Source: a bacterium (GTDB lineage Bacteria; UBA9089; JAHJRX01). From it: a stretch of 41,950 nucleotides of DNA. The notes below the pieces were generated by a model, which had not been told where the DNA came from, did no database searches, and saw only the letters and a list, made by a program, of their open reading frames with translations. The DNA is taken from assembly GCA_030017825.1 (NCBI GenBank), contig JASEGW010000002.1, positions 1-41,950 on the forward strand. The letters are read 5' to 3'. Positions 1-9,271 of this stretch are shown here, in pieces. Numbering within the stretch: position 1 is the first letter of the stretch; every line of letters starts with the position of its first letter. A program made the translations under genes and the position numbers.

Positions 1-1660
1 TGGATCCTTATCTTGGATTTTAACCATGATAAGAAGTGGAATTAAATATCCTTTTGGTTATGGATATTGGGGTCCAAATGGTCACGATGGTATTTGGCAT
101 ATAGCTCTTTCCAATAGTTTATCCAGAGGATCATTGGAAAATCCTGTATTTTCAGGAGAGATTTTAAAAAATTATCATTTGGGATTTGATATCATTCTGG
201 CATTTTTACATAAATTAACGAGTATTCAAATTAGTATTTTATATTTTCAGGTTCTACCAGTTATTTTTTCTTTACTGGTAGGTATTTTGGTTTATAAATA
301 TGTGTGTCTTTGGAGAGAGTCTAAAAATGAGGCTTTATGGGCCACCTTTTTTGTTTATTTTGGCTGTGGTTTTGGGTTTATAGTAACTTTTTTGAGAGAT
401 GGTATTTTTACTGGTGAGTCGATGTTTTGGTCACAACAGTCATTTTCTACTTTAGTTAATCCACCGTTTGCACTTTCATTAATTTTTGTACTGTCGGGAC
501 TTATTTTTTTACTTAAATATTTAAAAGATCCAAGTATTAAATACTACTTACTAGCAATAATAATTTTTGGGCTATTAATTCAAATTAAAGCTTACGCTGC
601 AATTTTAATTTTAGGGGGATTATTTTTTGCGAGTATATATACCTTTTTGAAAAGTAAAAACTTTTCCATATTCAAAGTTTTACTTGGTTCATTATTTTTA
701 AACCTATTTTTATACTTATTATTTAAGTCAGATGGTGTAACAAATGTTTTTGTTTGGCAACCATTTTGGTTTTTAGAAACTTTAATGTCCTATTCTGATA
801 GATTTGGTTGGGAAAGATTCTATTCTGCAATGACTACATATAGAATGGGTGAATTATGGCTAAAAGCATCGTTATCTTACGGGATAGCATTTATAATTTT
901 TTTAATTGGAAATATGGGTTTAAGAGTAGTTGGTTTTTTGCTTTTTATTAAAATATTTAAAAATAAAATTAAAATAAATGGATTTTTAGTTTTAATGGTT
1001 TCTATGGTTTTTATAGCTGTATTAATTCCAATGTTTTTTGTTCAAAACGGTACACCATGGAATACTATTCAGTTTTTTTATTATTATTTATTTTTCTTTT
1101 CAATATTTGCAGGAATATCAATAAGTTGGTTAGTGGAAAAATCCAAACCACTAATTAAAACAGTTTCAACATTATTGATTTTAATCTTTATGGTTTTAGG
1201 TGCTTGGTCAACTCTCCAACATTATTTACCAAAATTGCCACAATCAATGGTTTCAAACAAAGAATATGATGCATTAAGCTTTTTAGCTAGTAAACCGATA
1301 GGTGTTGTATTAACATATCCGTTTGATAAATATAAAGCTCGAGAGGCAGAAAATTTTCCACCCAGACCACTTTATTTATATGACTCAACGGCCTATGTTT
1401 CAGCTTTTACAAATAAGCCGGTATTCTTGGAAGACGAGGTAAATTTAAATATAATGGGTTACAGATGGAAAGACAGATTACTTGAGATAGAAAACTGGTA
1501 TAAAGAAAAAGATCAAGTAAAGGCAAGAGATTTTTTGAAAATTAATAATATTACATATGTTTATTGGTTAAAAGGTCAAAGAGCCTTTTTTGGGGAAGGG
1601 CAACTTGGTTTAACTAAAATTTTTGAAAATTCCACTGTAGACATATTCCAGGTCGAATAG
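1..1660 (+). CDS. Polytopic membrane protein, GT-C-like, unassigned family. The 5' end is cut by the window edge. Paralog of 14270..16108.
   Basis: The frame is open from nt 2, with no stop before the ATG at 26. The paralog has about 70 more N-terminal residues before the shared motif, so this gene starts upstream of the window. Shared motifs: GHDGIWHIAL vs GHDSTWHIAL, NPVFSGEILKNYH vs NPIFNGERLLNYH, and C-terminal YVSAF...MGY...LTKIFEN vs LTKFFEN. Many hydrophobic segments. Confidence 0.6.
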   Translation, partial: GSLSWILTMIRSGIKYPFGYGYWGPNGHDGIWHIALSNSLSRGSLENPVFSGEILKNYHLGFDIILAFLHKLTSIQISILYFQVLPVIFSLLVGILVYKYVCLWRESKNEALWATFFVYFGCGFGFIVTFLRDGIFTGESMFWSQQSFSTLVNPPFALSLIFVLSGLIFLLKYLKDPSIKYYLLAIIIFGLLIQIKAYAAILILGGLFFASIYTFLKSKNFSIFKVLLGSLFLNLFLYLLFKSDGVTNVFVWQPFWFLETLMSYSDRFGWERFYSAMTTYRMGELWLKASLSYGIAFIIFLIGNMGLRVVGFLLFIKIFKNKIKINGFLVLMVSMVFIAVLIPMFFVQNGTPWNTIQFFYYYLFFFSIFAGISISWLVEKSKPLIKTVSTLLILIFMVLGAWSTLQHYLPKLPQSMVSNKEYDALSFLASKPIGVVLTYPFDKYKAREAENFPPRPLYLYDSTAYVSAFTNKPVFLEDEVNLNIMGYRWKDRLLEIENWYKEKDQVKARDFLKINNITYVYWLKGQRAFFGEGQLGLTKIFENSTVDIFQVE

Positions 1661-1672
1661 TTACACCTTCTT

Positions 1673-1681
1673 TGGTACAAT
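1673..1681 (+). promoter_or_regulatory. Extended -10-like element TGgTACAAT, 7 nt upstream of the ATG at 1689
   Basis: TGGTACAAT at 1673-1681, then tagggtc, then ATG. No properly spaced SD. Confidence 0.3.
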
Positions 1682-1688
1682 TAGGGTC

Positions 1689-2612
1689 ATGGCTAAGATT
1701 TCTGCGGTAGTTAATACATATAACGAGGAAAAGAAGCTTTCTCGCGCGCTTTCTTCTCTTAAGGGTTTTGCAAGTGAGATTGTGGTTGTTGACATGATGT
1801 CTACGGATAAAACCAGAGAAATTGCCAAAAAGTATAATGCCAGAGTATTTAAACACAGAAAAATAAGTTATGTTGAGCCTGCCAGAAATTTTGCCATAGA
1901 AAAAGCTAAATACGACTGGGTATTTATTCTAGATGCTGATGAAGAGATACCGGATGCGCTAAAGATATATCTTAAAAAGGAAATCAAATCCGCCAACCGT
2001 TGGACTGCCCCTAATTTTTACAGAATTCCCAGAAGGAATATTATTTTTGGCAAATGGATGAAACATGCTGGGTGGTGGCCGGATTACAATATTAGATTTT
2101 TTAAAAGGGGTACGGTTTCTTGGAATGAAATTATTCATTCCGTTCCGGCAACTTCAGGTAAAGGAATAGACATTCCAAGTAACGGAGAATTAGGTATAAA
2201 ACACAGACATTATTCTTCTTTGGAAGAATATATGACCAGAATGAATAGATATACAACTATTCAAGCAAGACAATTGAATAAAAAGGGAGTAGATTTTTCT
2301 TGGAAAGATTTAATAACAAAACCAACAGCAGAATTTTTAAGAAGATATTTTGCAGAGGAAGGTTTTAAGGATGGTTTGCATGGTTTAAACCTTTCTTTAC
2401 TGCAAGCATTTTCGGAAGTTGTTCTTTATTCAAAACTATGGCAAAAGCAAGATTTTAAAAAGCGAAAAATAGATGTTCGAGATGTAGAAGAAACTATCAT
2501 TAAGTCATATAAAGATTTTTCCTGGTGGATAATAACCTCAAAAATTTCAATTTCAACAAAACTCATTAATAAATTATGGTTAAAAATAAAAAGAAAACTA
2601 AAGTATCAATAA
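1689..2612 (+). CDS. GT2 family glycosyltransferase (subfamily shared with 3505..4224 and 22365..23204)
   Basis: N-terminal SAVVNTYNEEKKL, VVVDMMSTDKT and DADEEIP (DxD). Shared block IPRRNIIFGKWMKHAGWWPDYNIRFFKRG. Confidence 0.8.
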   Translation: MAKISAVVNTYNEEKKLSRALSSLKGFASEIVVVDMMSTDKTREIAKKYNARVFKHRKISYVEPARNFAIEKAKYDWVFILDADEEIPDALKIYLKKEIKSANRWTAPNFYRIPRRNIIFGKWMKHAGWWPDYNIRFFKRGTVSWNEIIHSVPATSGKGIDIPSNGELGIKHRHYSSLEEYMTRMNRYTTIQARQLNKKGVDFSWKDLITKPTAEFLRRYFAEEGFKDGLHGLNLSLLQAFSEVVLYSKLWQKQDFKKRKIDVRDVEETIIKSYKDFSWWIITSKISISTKLINKLWLKIKRKLKYQ

Positions 2613-3520
2613 TAATTTTAACTACGAATGCTTTAGTTATGATTAAAGAGCAGCTTCTTAATGTCGCAGAATTAGATTCTGGAAACTTGGATATTGAATG
2701 TTTGGTAGTCGATAATGATTCAGGTGATGGAACTGAAGAAGCAATCAAAAATTACAAACTTCCCAATATGAAATATAAGTTTATTCAAAGTGGAGCCAAC
2801 TTAGGATTTGCTGGAGGGAATAATGTGGGGATTAAAGACTCTATAAAACGAAAAGTTGACCACATTATTTTGATGAATAATGATTTAATTTTACCAAAAG
2901 ATGTTGTTACTAAACTTGTTAAGTATATGAACGAAAATCCAGATGTTGGAATTACTTCTCCAAAAATGTATTTTGCAAAGGGATATGAATTTCATAAAGA
3001 TAGATATACAGATAAGGAAAAGGGAAATGTTATTTGGTATGCCGGTGGAGTATTAGATCGAGAAAATATCTATTCGACTCATAGGGGCGTAGATGAGGTG
3101 GATTGTGGACAATATGAAAGAACTGAAGAAACAGATTTCATAAATGGGGCCTGCGTAATTGTTAGAAGGGAAGTATTTGAAAAAGTTGGACTTTTAGACG
3201 CGTCATTTTTCTTGTATTGGGAAGATGCTGATTTTAGTATGAGAGTTAAAAGAGAAGGATTTAAGGTGATGTATTTTCCTAATACTTGTATGTGGCATAA
3301 AGTATCGGCCTCAACAGGAGGATCAGGAAGCCCTACAAATGATTATTTTTTGACTAGAAACAGATTTACTTTCGCATTAAGATATGCAAAATTAAGAACC
3401 AAGTTTGCAGTTTTTAGAGATACAATAAGGCTTATATTTATTGGTCGCACATGGCAAAAGTGGGGAGCAATTGATGCATTATTAGGAAGGCATGGAATGG
3501 GGCAATGGAAACATCGTTAA
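2576..3520 (+). CDS. GT2 family glycosyltransferase (rhamnosyltransferase-like group)
   Basis: VSIIILTTN, VVDNDSGDGT, GFAGGNNVG, NND, INGACVIVRREVFEKVG, YWEDADFSMRVKREGFKV. Overlaps the upstream gene by 37 nt. The first beta-strand motif requires this start. Confidence 0.85.
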   Translation: MVKNKKKTKVSIIILTTNALVMIKEQLLNVAELDSGNLDIECLVVDNDSGDGTEEAIKNYKLPNMKYKFIQSGANLGFAGGNNVGIKDSIKRKVDHIILMNNDLILPKDVVTKLVKYMNENPDVGITSPKMYFAKGYEFHKDRYTDKEKGNVIWYAGGVLDRENIYSTHRGVDEVDCGQYERTEETDFINGACVIVRREVFEKVGLLDASFFLYWEDADFSMRVKREGFKVMYFPNTCMWHKVSASTGGSGSPTNDYFLTRNRFTFALRYAKLRTKFAVFRDTIRLIFIGRTWQKWGAIDALLGRHGMGQWKHR

Positions 3521-4224
3521 GTGTAATAATATTAATAGGAGAAAAAGTAGATAAGGTTTTATATAAAAAATGTTTAGCTTCAGTTTCTTGGGCTGATGAA
3601 ATAGTTAAGATTGAAACAAAAAATGAAAAAGGGGGCTTTTCGGATTGGAGAAATTTAGGGTTTAAAAAGGCAACTAAAGATTGGATTTTATATATTGATA
3701 CAGATGAAGAAGTAACGAAAGAATTAGAAAGGGAAATAAAAAAGGTTATTAGTAATTCAACAATAAAAAATTCCAGTTATGCAATACCAAGAAAAAATAT
3801 AATTTTCGGAAAAGAATTTAAACATGGGGGGCAATATCCTGATTATCAAAAAAGACTTTTTTTAAAGAAAGATTTTATTAAATGGTTTGGAAATCTTCAT
3901 GAAGAACCAAAATTTAAAGGTAATCTAGGACTTCTTAAAAATCCCATTATCCACCACAAGGACTTAAATATAAATCAAATGTTGGAAAAAACTAATATGT
4001 GGTCTGAAATTGAAGGTCAATTAATGTTTGACACAAATCATCCTCAAATGAATATTATTAGGTTTTTTTCAGCAGGAATAAGAGAATTTTATTTAAGAAT
4101 GATAAAACAAAGGGCCTTTTTAGATGGTGCAAAGGGAGTAATATATGCATTCTATCAAGTGTATAGCAGGTTAATTTCATATTCAAAATTATGGGAAAAG
4201 CAGCAATCTACAACCCGTATCTAG
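3505..4224 (+). CDS. GT2-like protein, a degenerate paralog of 1689..2612
   Basis: Retains DTDEEV and IPRKNIIFGKEFKHGGQYPDYQKRLF and C-terminal YSKLWEKQ. The paralogs' VVD-x-S-x-DKT segment is replaced by IVKIETKNEKGGFSD. Confidence 0.6.
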   Translation: METSLSVIILIGEKVDKVLYKKCLASVSWADEIVKIETKNEKGGFSDWRNLGFKKATKDWILYIDTDEEVTKELEREIKKVISNSTIKNSSYAIPRKNIIFGKEFKHGGQYPDYQKRLFLKKDFIKWFGNLHEEPKFKGNLGLLKNPIIHHKDLNINQMLEKTNMWSEIEGQLMFDTNHPQMNIIRFFSAGIREFYLRMIKQRAFLDGAKGVIYAFYQVYSRLISYSKLWEKQQSTTRI

Positions 4225-5228
4225 ATACCCTTGGGGGGGGAGAAAGGTACACCTTATCTTTTGCTAAAGTTTTAGCAGAAGAGGGTTTTAAGGTAGATAT
4301 ACAATGGAAAGAAAAATCTATAAAAGAAAAAATTCAAGCAAGGTTTGGAATTAAATTGGACGATAGAATTGATTTTATTGATGATATTAAAAGAGGTGAA
4401 AATTATGATACTTGTTTTTGGGTAAGCGATGGAAGTATCCCCACCCTTAGGTCCAGATCTAATTTTATTCATTTTCAAGTTCCGTTTAAAGATGTAGACG
4501 GAAAAACATTGCTTAATAAAATGAAACTTTTTAGAGTTAAAAAAATAATTTGTAATTCGAAATTTACTAAAAAAGTAATCGACAAAGAATACGGAGTTAA
4601 TAGTTTGGTTATTTATCCTCCGGTTGATCTAAGTTCTCTTAAACCCAAAAGAAAAGAAAAAACGATTCTTTATGTTGGCAGATTTTCAAATCTGGTCCAA
4701 AGCAAGAGTCAGGATGTTCTAATTAATTCTTTTAAAAATTTAGTTAAAGAAAAGTTTTTTCAGAATTATAAATTAATTTTAGCCGGAGGAGTTGAGATTG
4801 GAGTTGGAGATTATTTAAATAAATTAAAAAAATCAGCCGGAAATTATAATATTGAATTTATTGAAAGCCCTGATTTTAAAACATTAAAAGAAATATACGG
4901 AAAAGCAAAATTTTTTTGGTCGGCAGCGGGCTTTAATGTAAATGAAATAAATAACCCCGAAAAAGTTGAGCATTTTGGCATAACTTTAATTGAAAGTATG
5001 GCGGCAGGTTGTGTTCCCATTGTGTATAATGCCGGGGGTTACAAGGAAATAATTACCAGTGGAGAAAATGGTTATTTGTGGAAAAATAAGAGAGATTTAA
5101 TAAAGATAACAAAAGAAGTAATTGAAACCTCGGGACTTTATAAAAATATTTCAACAAAAGCCAAAAAGTCTTCCGGTGAATATGATTACGAGGTTTTTAA
5201 AATAAATATATGTCAAATATTAAGTTAA
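4191..5228 (+). CDS. GT4 family glycosyltransferase
   Basis: N-terminal LGGGERY. C-terminal EX7E motif EHFGITLIESMAAGCVPIV. Confidence 0.85.
   Translation: MGKAAIYNPYLDTLGGGERYTLSFAKVLAEEGFKVDIQWKEKSIKEKIQARFGIKLDDRIDFIDDIKRGENYDTCFWVSDGSIPTLRSRSNFIHFQVPFKDVDGKTLLNKMKLFRVKKIICNSKFTKKVIDKEYGVNSLVIYPPVDLSSLKPKRKEKTILYVGRFSNLVQSKSQDVLINSFKNLVKEKFFQNYKLILAGGVEIGVGDYLNKLKKSAGNYNIEFIESPDFKTLKEIYGKAKFFWSAAGFNVNEINNPEKVEHFGITLIESMAAGCVPIVYNAGGYKEIITSGENGYLWKNKRDLIKITKEVIETSGLYKNISTKAKKSSGEYDYEVFKINICQILS
4233..4240 (+). repeat. G8 homopolymeric tract inside codons 15-17 of the GT4 gene
   Basis: ctt ggg ggg gga encodes LGGG. This is the longest G/C run I saw in the window. Confidence 0.9.
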
Positions 5229-5884
5229 ATAAAAATTCAAAAGGAACAAAAGCCGTTGAACTGCATGAACATGTCCCCGCCGATTGGTATTATGAATCTT
5301 TAAGGGTTGATATGTTTCAAAGATTTTGGCATAAAACCAGATTTAGAGAAGTAATTAAAGTGTCTGAAAAAGCAGGGAAGGTGTTAGACATCGGTTGTGC
5401 CGATGGAGTGTTTCCAGAAGTAATATTTGATGCCACAAAGGCAGATTCTTTAATTGGAATTGATGTTATTAAAACTTCAGTAGAATGGGCAAAGAAACAC
5501 TGGAAGAAAAAAAAGAAGATGAAGTTTTCGGTTGGCGATGCTCAAAATTTAAAATTTAAGGCAAATGAGTTTGATGCGGTTTATATAATGGAAGTGTTAG
5601 AACATGTTGAAGATCCCTTAAAAGTTTTGTTGGAAATAAAAAGAGTTTTAAAAAGAGGTGGGTATGGAGTATTTTTAATACCGTCCGATAATGATTTATT
5701 TAAGATAGTATGGTGGTTATGGCTTCATTTTTACCCAAGGGGCTGGGTTTGGAGGGAAACCCATATTCAAACATTTAGGGGTAATTTTCTTCCTTCAGTA
5801 TGCAAAAAAGCCGGTTTTAAAATTGAATTGAACAGGAAATTTAATCTAGGAATGCTACACTTAGTAAAAGTAAGAAAAAAATAA
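5210..5884 (+). CDS. Class I SAM-dependent methyltransferase
   Basis: Motif I VLDIGCADGVF. FDAVYIMEVLEHVEDP. LKRGGYGVFLIP. Confidence 0.8.
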   Translation: MSNIKLNKNSKGTKAVELHEHVPADWYYESLRVDMFQRFWHKTRFREVIKVSEKAGKVLDIGCADGVFPEVIFDATKADSLIGIDVIKTSVEWAKKHWKKKKKMKFSVGDAQNLKFKANEFDAVYIMEVLEHVEDPLKVLLEIKRVLKRGGYGVFLIPSDNDLFKIVWWLWLHFYPRGWVWRETHIQTFRGNFLPSVCKKAGFKIELNRKFNLGMLHLVKVRKK

Positions 5885-5885
5885 T

Positions 5886-6776
5886 ATGAAAGTTTCAGTC
5901 GTAATGCCCAGTTTAAACGGTAAAACTATTTTGGAGAAAAATCTTCCGAAACTTCTTATTGCCTCCGAAAACCCGAAAAATAGCATTTGTGAAATTATTA
6001 TCGTTGATGATGGGTCGTGGGATGACAGTGTTTCTTTTTTAAATAATAATTTTAAAGATAAAATTAAACTGATAAAACATACCAAGAACAGGGGATTTTC
6101 AGCCAGTGTTAATATCGGAGTGAGGGCAACTAAGGGAGATTTACTTCTTTTAATTAATATTGATGTTATTCCTGAAGTTGATTTTTTGGAATCTGCTTTA
6201 AAACATTTTAATATTAAAAAAGTTTTTGCGGTTTCACTTCACGAAAAAGGATATGGGTCGGCCAAAAGTTATTTTGGGGATGGATATATTCAAATTGCAA
6301 TGGGCGAAGAAAATGAAAAGACCCATCCAAGTTTTTATGTGAGCGGAGGAAGCGGTCTTTTCAGAAAATCTATTTGGAAAGAATTAGGTGGAATGGATGA
6401 AAAATTACTGTCCCCATTTTATTGGGAAGATATTGATCTTTGCTACAGAGCTTTAAAACGAGGTTATATAAACCTTTGGGACCCAAACGGTAAAGTCCTC
6501 CACCATCACGAATCTACAATTTCAAAATTTCCCAAAAAATATGTCGGAAGAATAAAAGAAAGAAATCAACTTTTAGTTATTTGGAAAAATATTCATAGTA
6601 AATCATTAATTAGAAAACATATCCTAGGTGTTATATCGAGAACTCTTAAACATCCGGGCTATTTAAGGGTTGTGCTTATGGCTTTAATGCGCCTTAAGAT
6701 TGCGATGAAAGCCAGAAAGAAAGAAATTAAGGAAGGAAAAGTTGGTGATGAAGCAATTTTTTCAATGTTTTCATAA
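5886..6776 (+). CDS. GT2 family glycosyltransferase
   Basis: VSVVMPSLN, IIIVDDGSWDDS, NIDV, YWEDIDLCYRALKRGY. Confidence 0.85.
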   Translation: MKVSVVMPSLNGKTILEKNLPKLLIASENPKNSICEIIIVDDGSWDDSVSFLNNNFKDKIKLIKHTKNRGFSASVNIGVRATKGDLLLLINIDVIPEVDFLESALKHFNIKKVFAVSLHEKGYGSAKSYFGDGYIQIAMGEENEKTHPSFYVSGGSGLFRKSIWKELGGMDEKLLSPFYWEDIDLCYRALKRGYINLWDPNGKVLHHHESTISKFPKKYVGRIKERNQLLVIWKNIHSKSLIRKHILGVISRTLKHPGYLRVVLMALMRLKIAMKARKKEIKEGKVGDEAIFSMFS

Positions 6777-7603
6777 TGGAAATAACACTTTCAATAGTAA
6801 TTGTAAATTTAAATACTAAGGATTTAACCGTAAGGTGCATTAGATCAATTCAAAAAGAAACCGGTAATTTATCTTTTGAAGTTTTGCTAACCGATAATGG
6901 GTCAAATGACGGGTCTGTTGAAGCATTTAAAAAAATAAAAAAAGAGGCTTTTTGGAAAGATAGATTTACCTTAATTTTAAATGACAGTAACACTGGTTAT
7001 GGTAAGGCAAATAATCAAGGGATAAGAAGAGCAAAAGGAAGATACCTTTTACTTCTTAATAACGATACGGTGGTTCATAAAGACGCTTTGCAAAATTTGG
7101 TTAAATTTGCCGAAAATACTCCCGATGCGGGAGTTGTTGGCAGTAAACTTTTAAATATTGATGGAACTTTGCAAATGTCCTGTTTTAATTTTCCGACGAT
7201 TACAAACGCCATCAAAGAATATTTTTTTGGCAAGAAGGGATTGTTTGATAAATTTGCCCCGAAGGGAAAGTTACCTGTAACTGTTGATTCAGTTGTTGGG
7301 GCAGTTTTCTTAATTACACCAAAAGCAAGAAGATTGGTTGGAATTTTGGATGAGAGATATTTTGCCTATTTTGAAGATATTGATTATTGCAGACAGGTTT
7401 GGAAAAAAGGTTTAAAGGTTTATTATTTGCCTGGTTCCGTAATTACTCATCACCATGGCGCAACGTTTAAAAAATTGGCAGATGAAAGCGAAAGATGGAA
7501 AAAATTAATTCCATCAAGCAAAATTTATCACGGTTTAATTAAACATTACATAATAAATATGGTTATTTGGTCAGGTCAAAAATGGCAAAAACTCATAAAT
7601 TAA
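6776..7603 (+). CDS. GT2 family glycosyltransferase
   Basis: LSIVIVNLN, LLTDNGSNDGS, GYGKANNQG, NNDT, YFEDIDYCRQVWKKGLKV. TAATG junction with the upstream gene. Confidence 0.85.
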   Translation: MEITLSIVIVNLNTKDLTVRCIRSIQKETGNLSFEVLLTDNGSNDGSVEAFKKIKKEAFWKDRFTLILNDSNTGYGKANNQGIRRAKGRYLLLLNNDTVVHKDALQNLVKFAENTPDAGVVGSKLLNIDGTLQMSCFNFPTITNAIKEYFFGKKGLFDKFAPKGKLPVTVDSVVGAVFLITPKARRLVGILDERYFAYFEDIDYCRQVWKKGLKVYYLPGSVITHHHGATFKKLADESERWKKLIPSSKIYHGLIKHYIINMVIWSGQKWQKLIN

Positions 7604-7606
7604 AGT

Positions 7607-9271
7607 ATGAGTAAATTTATCAAAAATAAAAATAAGTTTTTTTGGATTCTTTTAGTAATTATTTTTACTATTCCAGCATGCTCAAATTTACTTCGTTCTG
7701 GTTTTTTCTCAATGCAAGATGATTTACAAGCATTTCGTGTGCAACAACTGGATAAATGTTTAGACGATGGTCAAATTCCTTGTCGATGGGTTCCCGATGC
7801 GGGTTATGGGTATGGATATCCTCAATTTAATTATTACCCACCATCTGTGTATTATTTTGGAGCTATCTTACATAGAGTTGGTTTTGAGTATATAGATACC
7901 GTAAAAATCCTCTTTATTTTAGGTTATATTGCTTCAGCTATAGCAATGTTTGTCTTGGTGGATTCATTAATTGGACACTGGTCGGCATTTGTTTCCTCAG
8001 TTCTTTATACATATGTTCCATATAAAGCGGTTGAGGTATATGTTAGGGGAGCAATGAGTGAATTTTGGGCTTTAACTTTCTTTCCATTAATATTTTGGGC
8101 TATATATAAGTTTATAAAAACTGAAAAGAAAAGATATTTTATCTGGTTTTCATTTTTTTTATCACTTTTATTAACAACTCATAACTTGATGTCTTTAATA
8201 TTTGCACCAGTCGCAATTGTTTGGACAATATATTGGATAGTTTTAGAGAAAAAAATAAAATTATGGTCAAGAATTACAATGTCGGGTTTATTAGGTGTCG
8301 GTTTAGCCGCATTTTTTACATTACCCGTGTTATTTGAAAAAAAATTTGCTCATGTTGATTCTGTTTTATCGGGCTATTTTGACTATAGAGCCCATTTTGT
8401 CAGTCTTTATAAAATTTTTATATCTCGTGAATGGGGTTATGGATCATCGGGTTTTCCCAATGAAAAATTAAATTTATCAGTAGGTATTATCCAATGGGTA
8501 GTGGGTATTGGCGCAGTGGTACTTGCGTTGATAAATTATAGAAAAAACAAAAAGTTTTCTGTTCTCACTTTATTACTTTTTATCTTATCACTATTTACTG
8601 TGTTTATGATTCATATGAAATCAAGTTTTATTTGGGCCCAACTACCTGTTCTTTGGTGGTTGCAATTTCCGTGGAGATTTTTATCTGTAAGTATTTTTCT
8701 TTTGGCAATACTTTCTGGTTTAGCAGTTTACCTTTTCAAAAAATTTAAAATAATTTTGGGAGTTTTTTTGATCTTTTTTAGTATAATATTAAATATTGAT
8801 TTTTTTGTTCCCAAAGATTGGTTAAATATTACTGACCTTGATAAATTTTCTGGAGCAAGTTGGCAAAAGCAAATGACAATTAGTATTTTTGATTATTTGC
8901 CAATATATGCCCAGTTTCCTCCAATTAATGAAGCTCCGGATTTGCCTGAAATTTTAGATGGAAATGCTTTGATTAAGGATTATCAAAAAGGAAGTAATTT
9001 CCAAATTGGTGAAATCGAAGTTTTAGAAGATGCAACAATTAGAATTCCTCTATATGATTTTCCAGGAATGCAGGTTAAAGTAGATAATAAAAAAATAGAT
9101 CATTATAATAATGATTGCAGAGGGCAAGAGTTTTGCTATGGATTAATAACTTTTAAACTATCAAGAGGTGAGTATCAAATTGAAACAAGATTAACAGACA
9201 CACCTGTTAGAAAAATTGGCAATTATTTAACGTTAATTAGTATTTTTATAATTATATGGCTAATTTACTAA
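7607..9271 (+). CDS. Large polytopic membrane protein of the '6-pyruvoyl-tetrahydropterin synthase-related' (PF10131-like) / YfhO-like GT-C type, copy 1 of 3
   Basis: GFFSMQDDLQAF, CRWVPDAGYGYGYPQFNYYPP, YKAVEVYVRGAMSEF, LQFPWRFLS. C-terminal non-membrane domain. Confidence 0.65.
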   Translation: MSKFIKNKNKFFWILLVIIFTIPACSNLLRSGFFSMQDDLQAFRVQQLDKCLDDGQIPCRWVPDAGYGYGYPQFNYYPPSVYYFGAILHRVGFEYIDTVKILFILGYIASAIAMFVLVDSLIGHWSAFVSSVLYTYVPYKAVEVYVRGAMSEFWALTFFPLIFWAIYKFIKTEKKRYFIWFSFFLSLLLTTHNLMSLIFAPVAIVWTIYWIVLEKKIKLWSRITMSGLLGVGLAAFFTLPVLFEKKFAHVDSVLSGYFDYRAHFVSLYKIFISREWGYGSSGFPNEKLNLSVGIIQWVVGIGAVVLALINYRKNKKFSVLTLLLFILSLFTVFMIHMKSSFIWAQLPVLWWLQFPWRFLSVSIFLLAILSGLAVYLFKKFKIILGVFLIFFSIILNIDFFVPKDWLNITDLDKFSGASWQKQMTISIFDYLPIYAQFPPINEAPDLPEILDGNALIKDYQKGSNFQIGEIEVLEDATIRIPLYDFPGMQVKVDNKKIDHYNNDCRGQEFCYGLITFKLSRGEYQIETRLTDTPVRKIGNYLTLISIFIIIWLIY

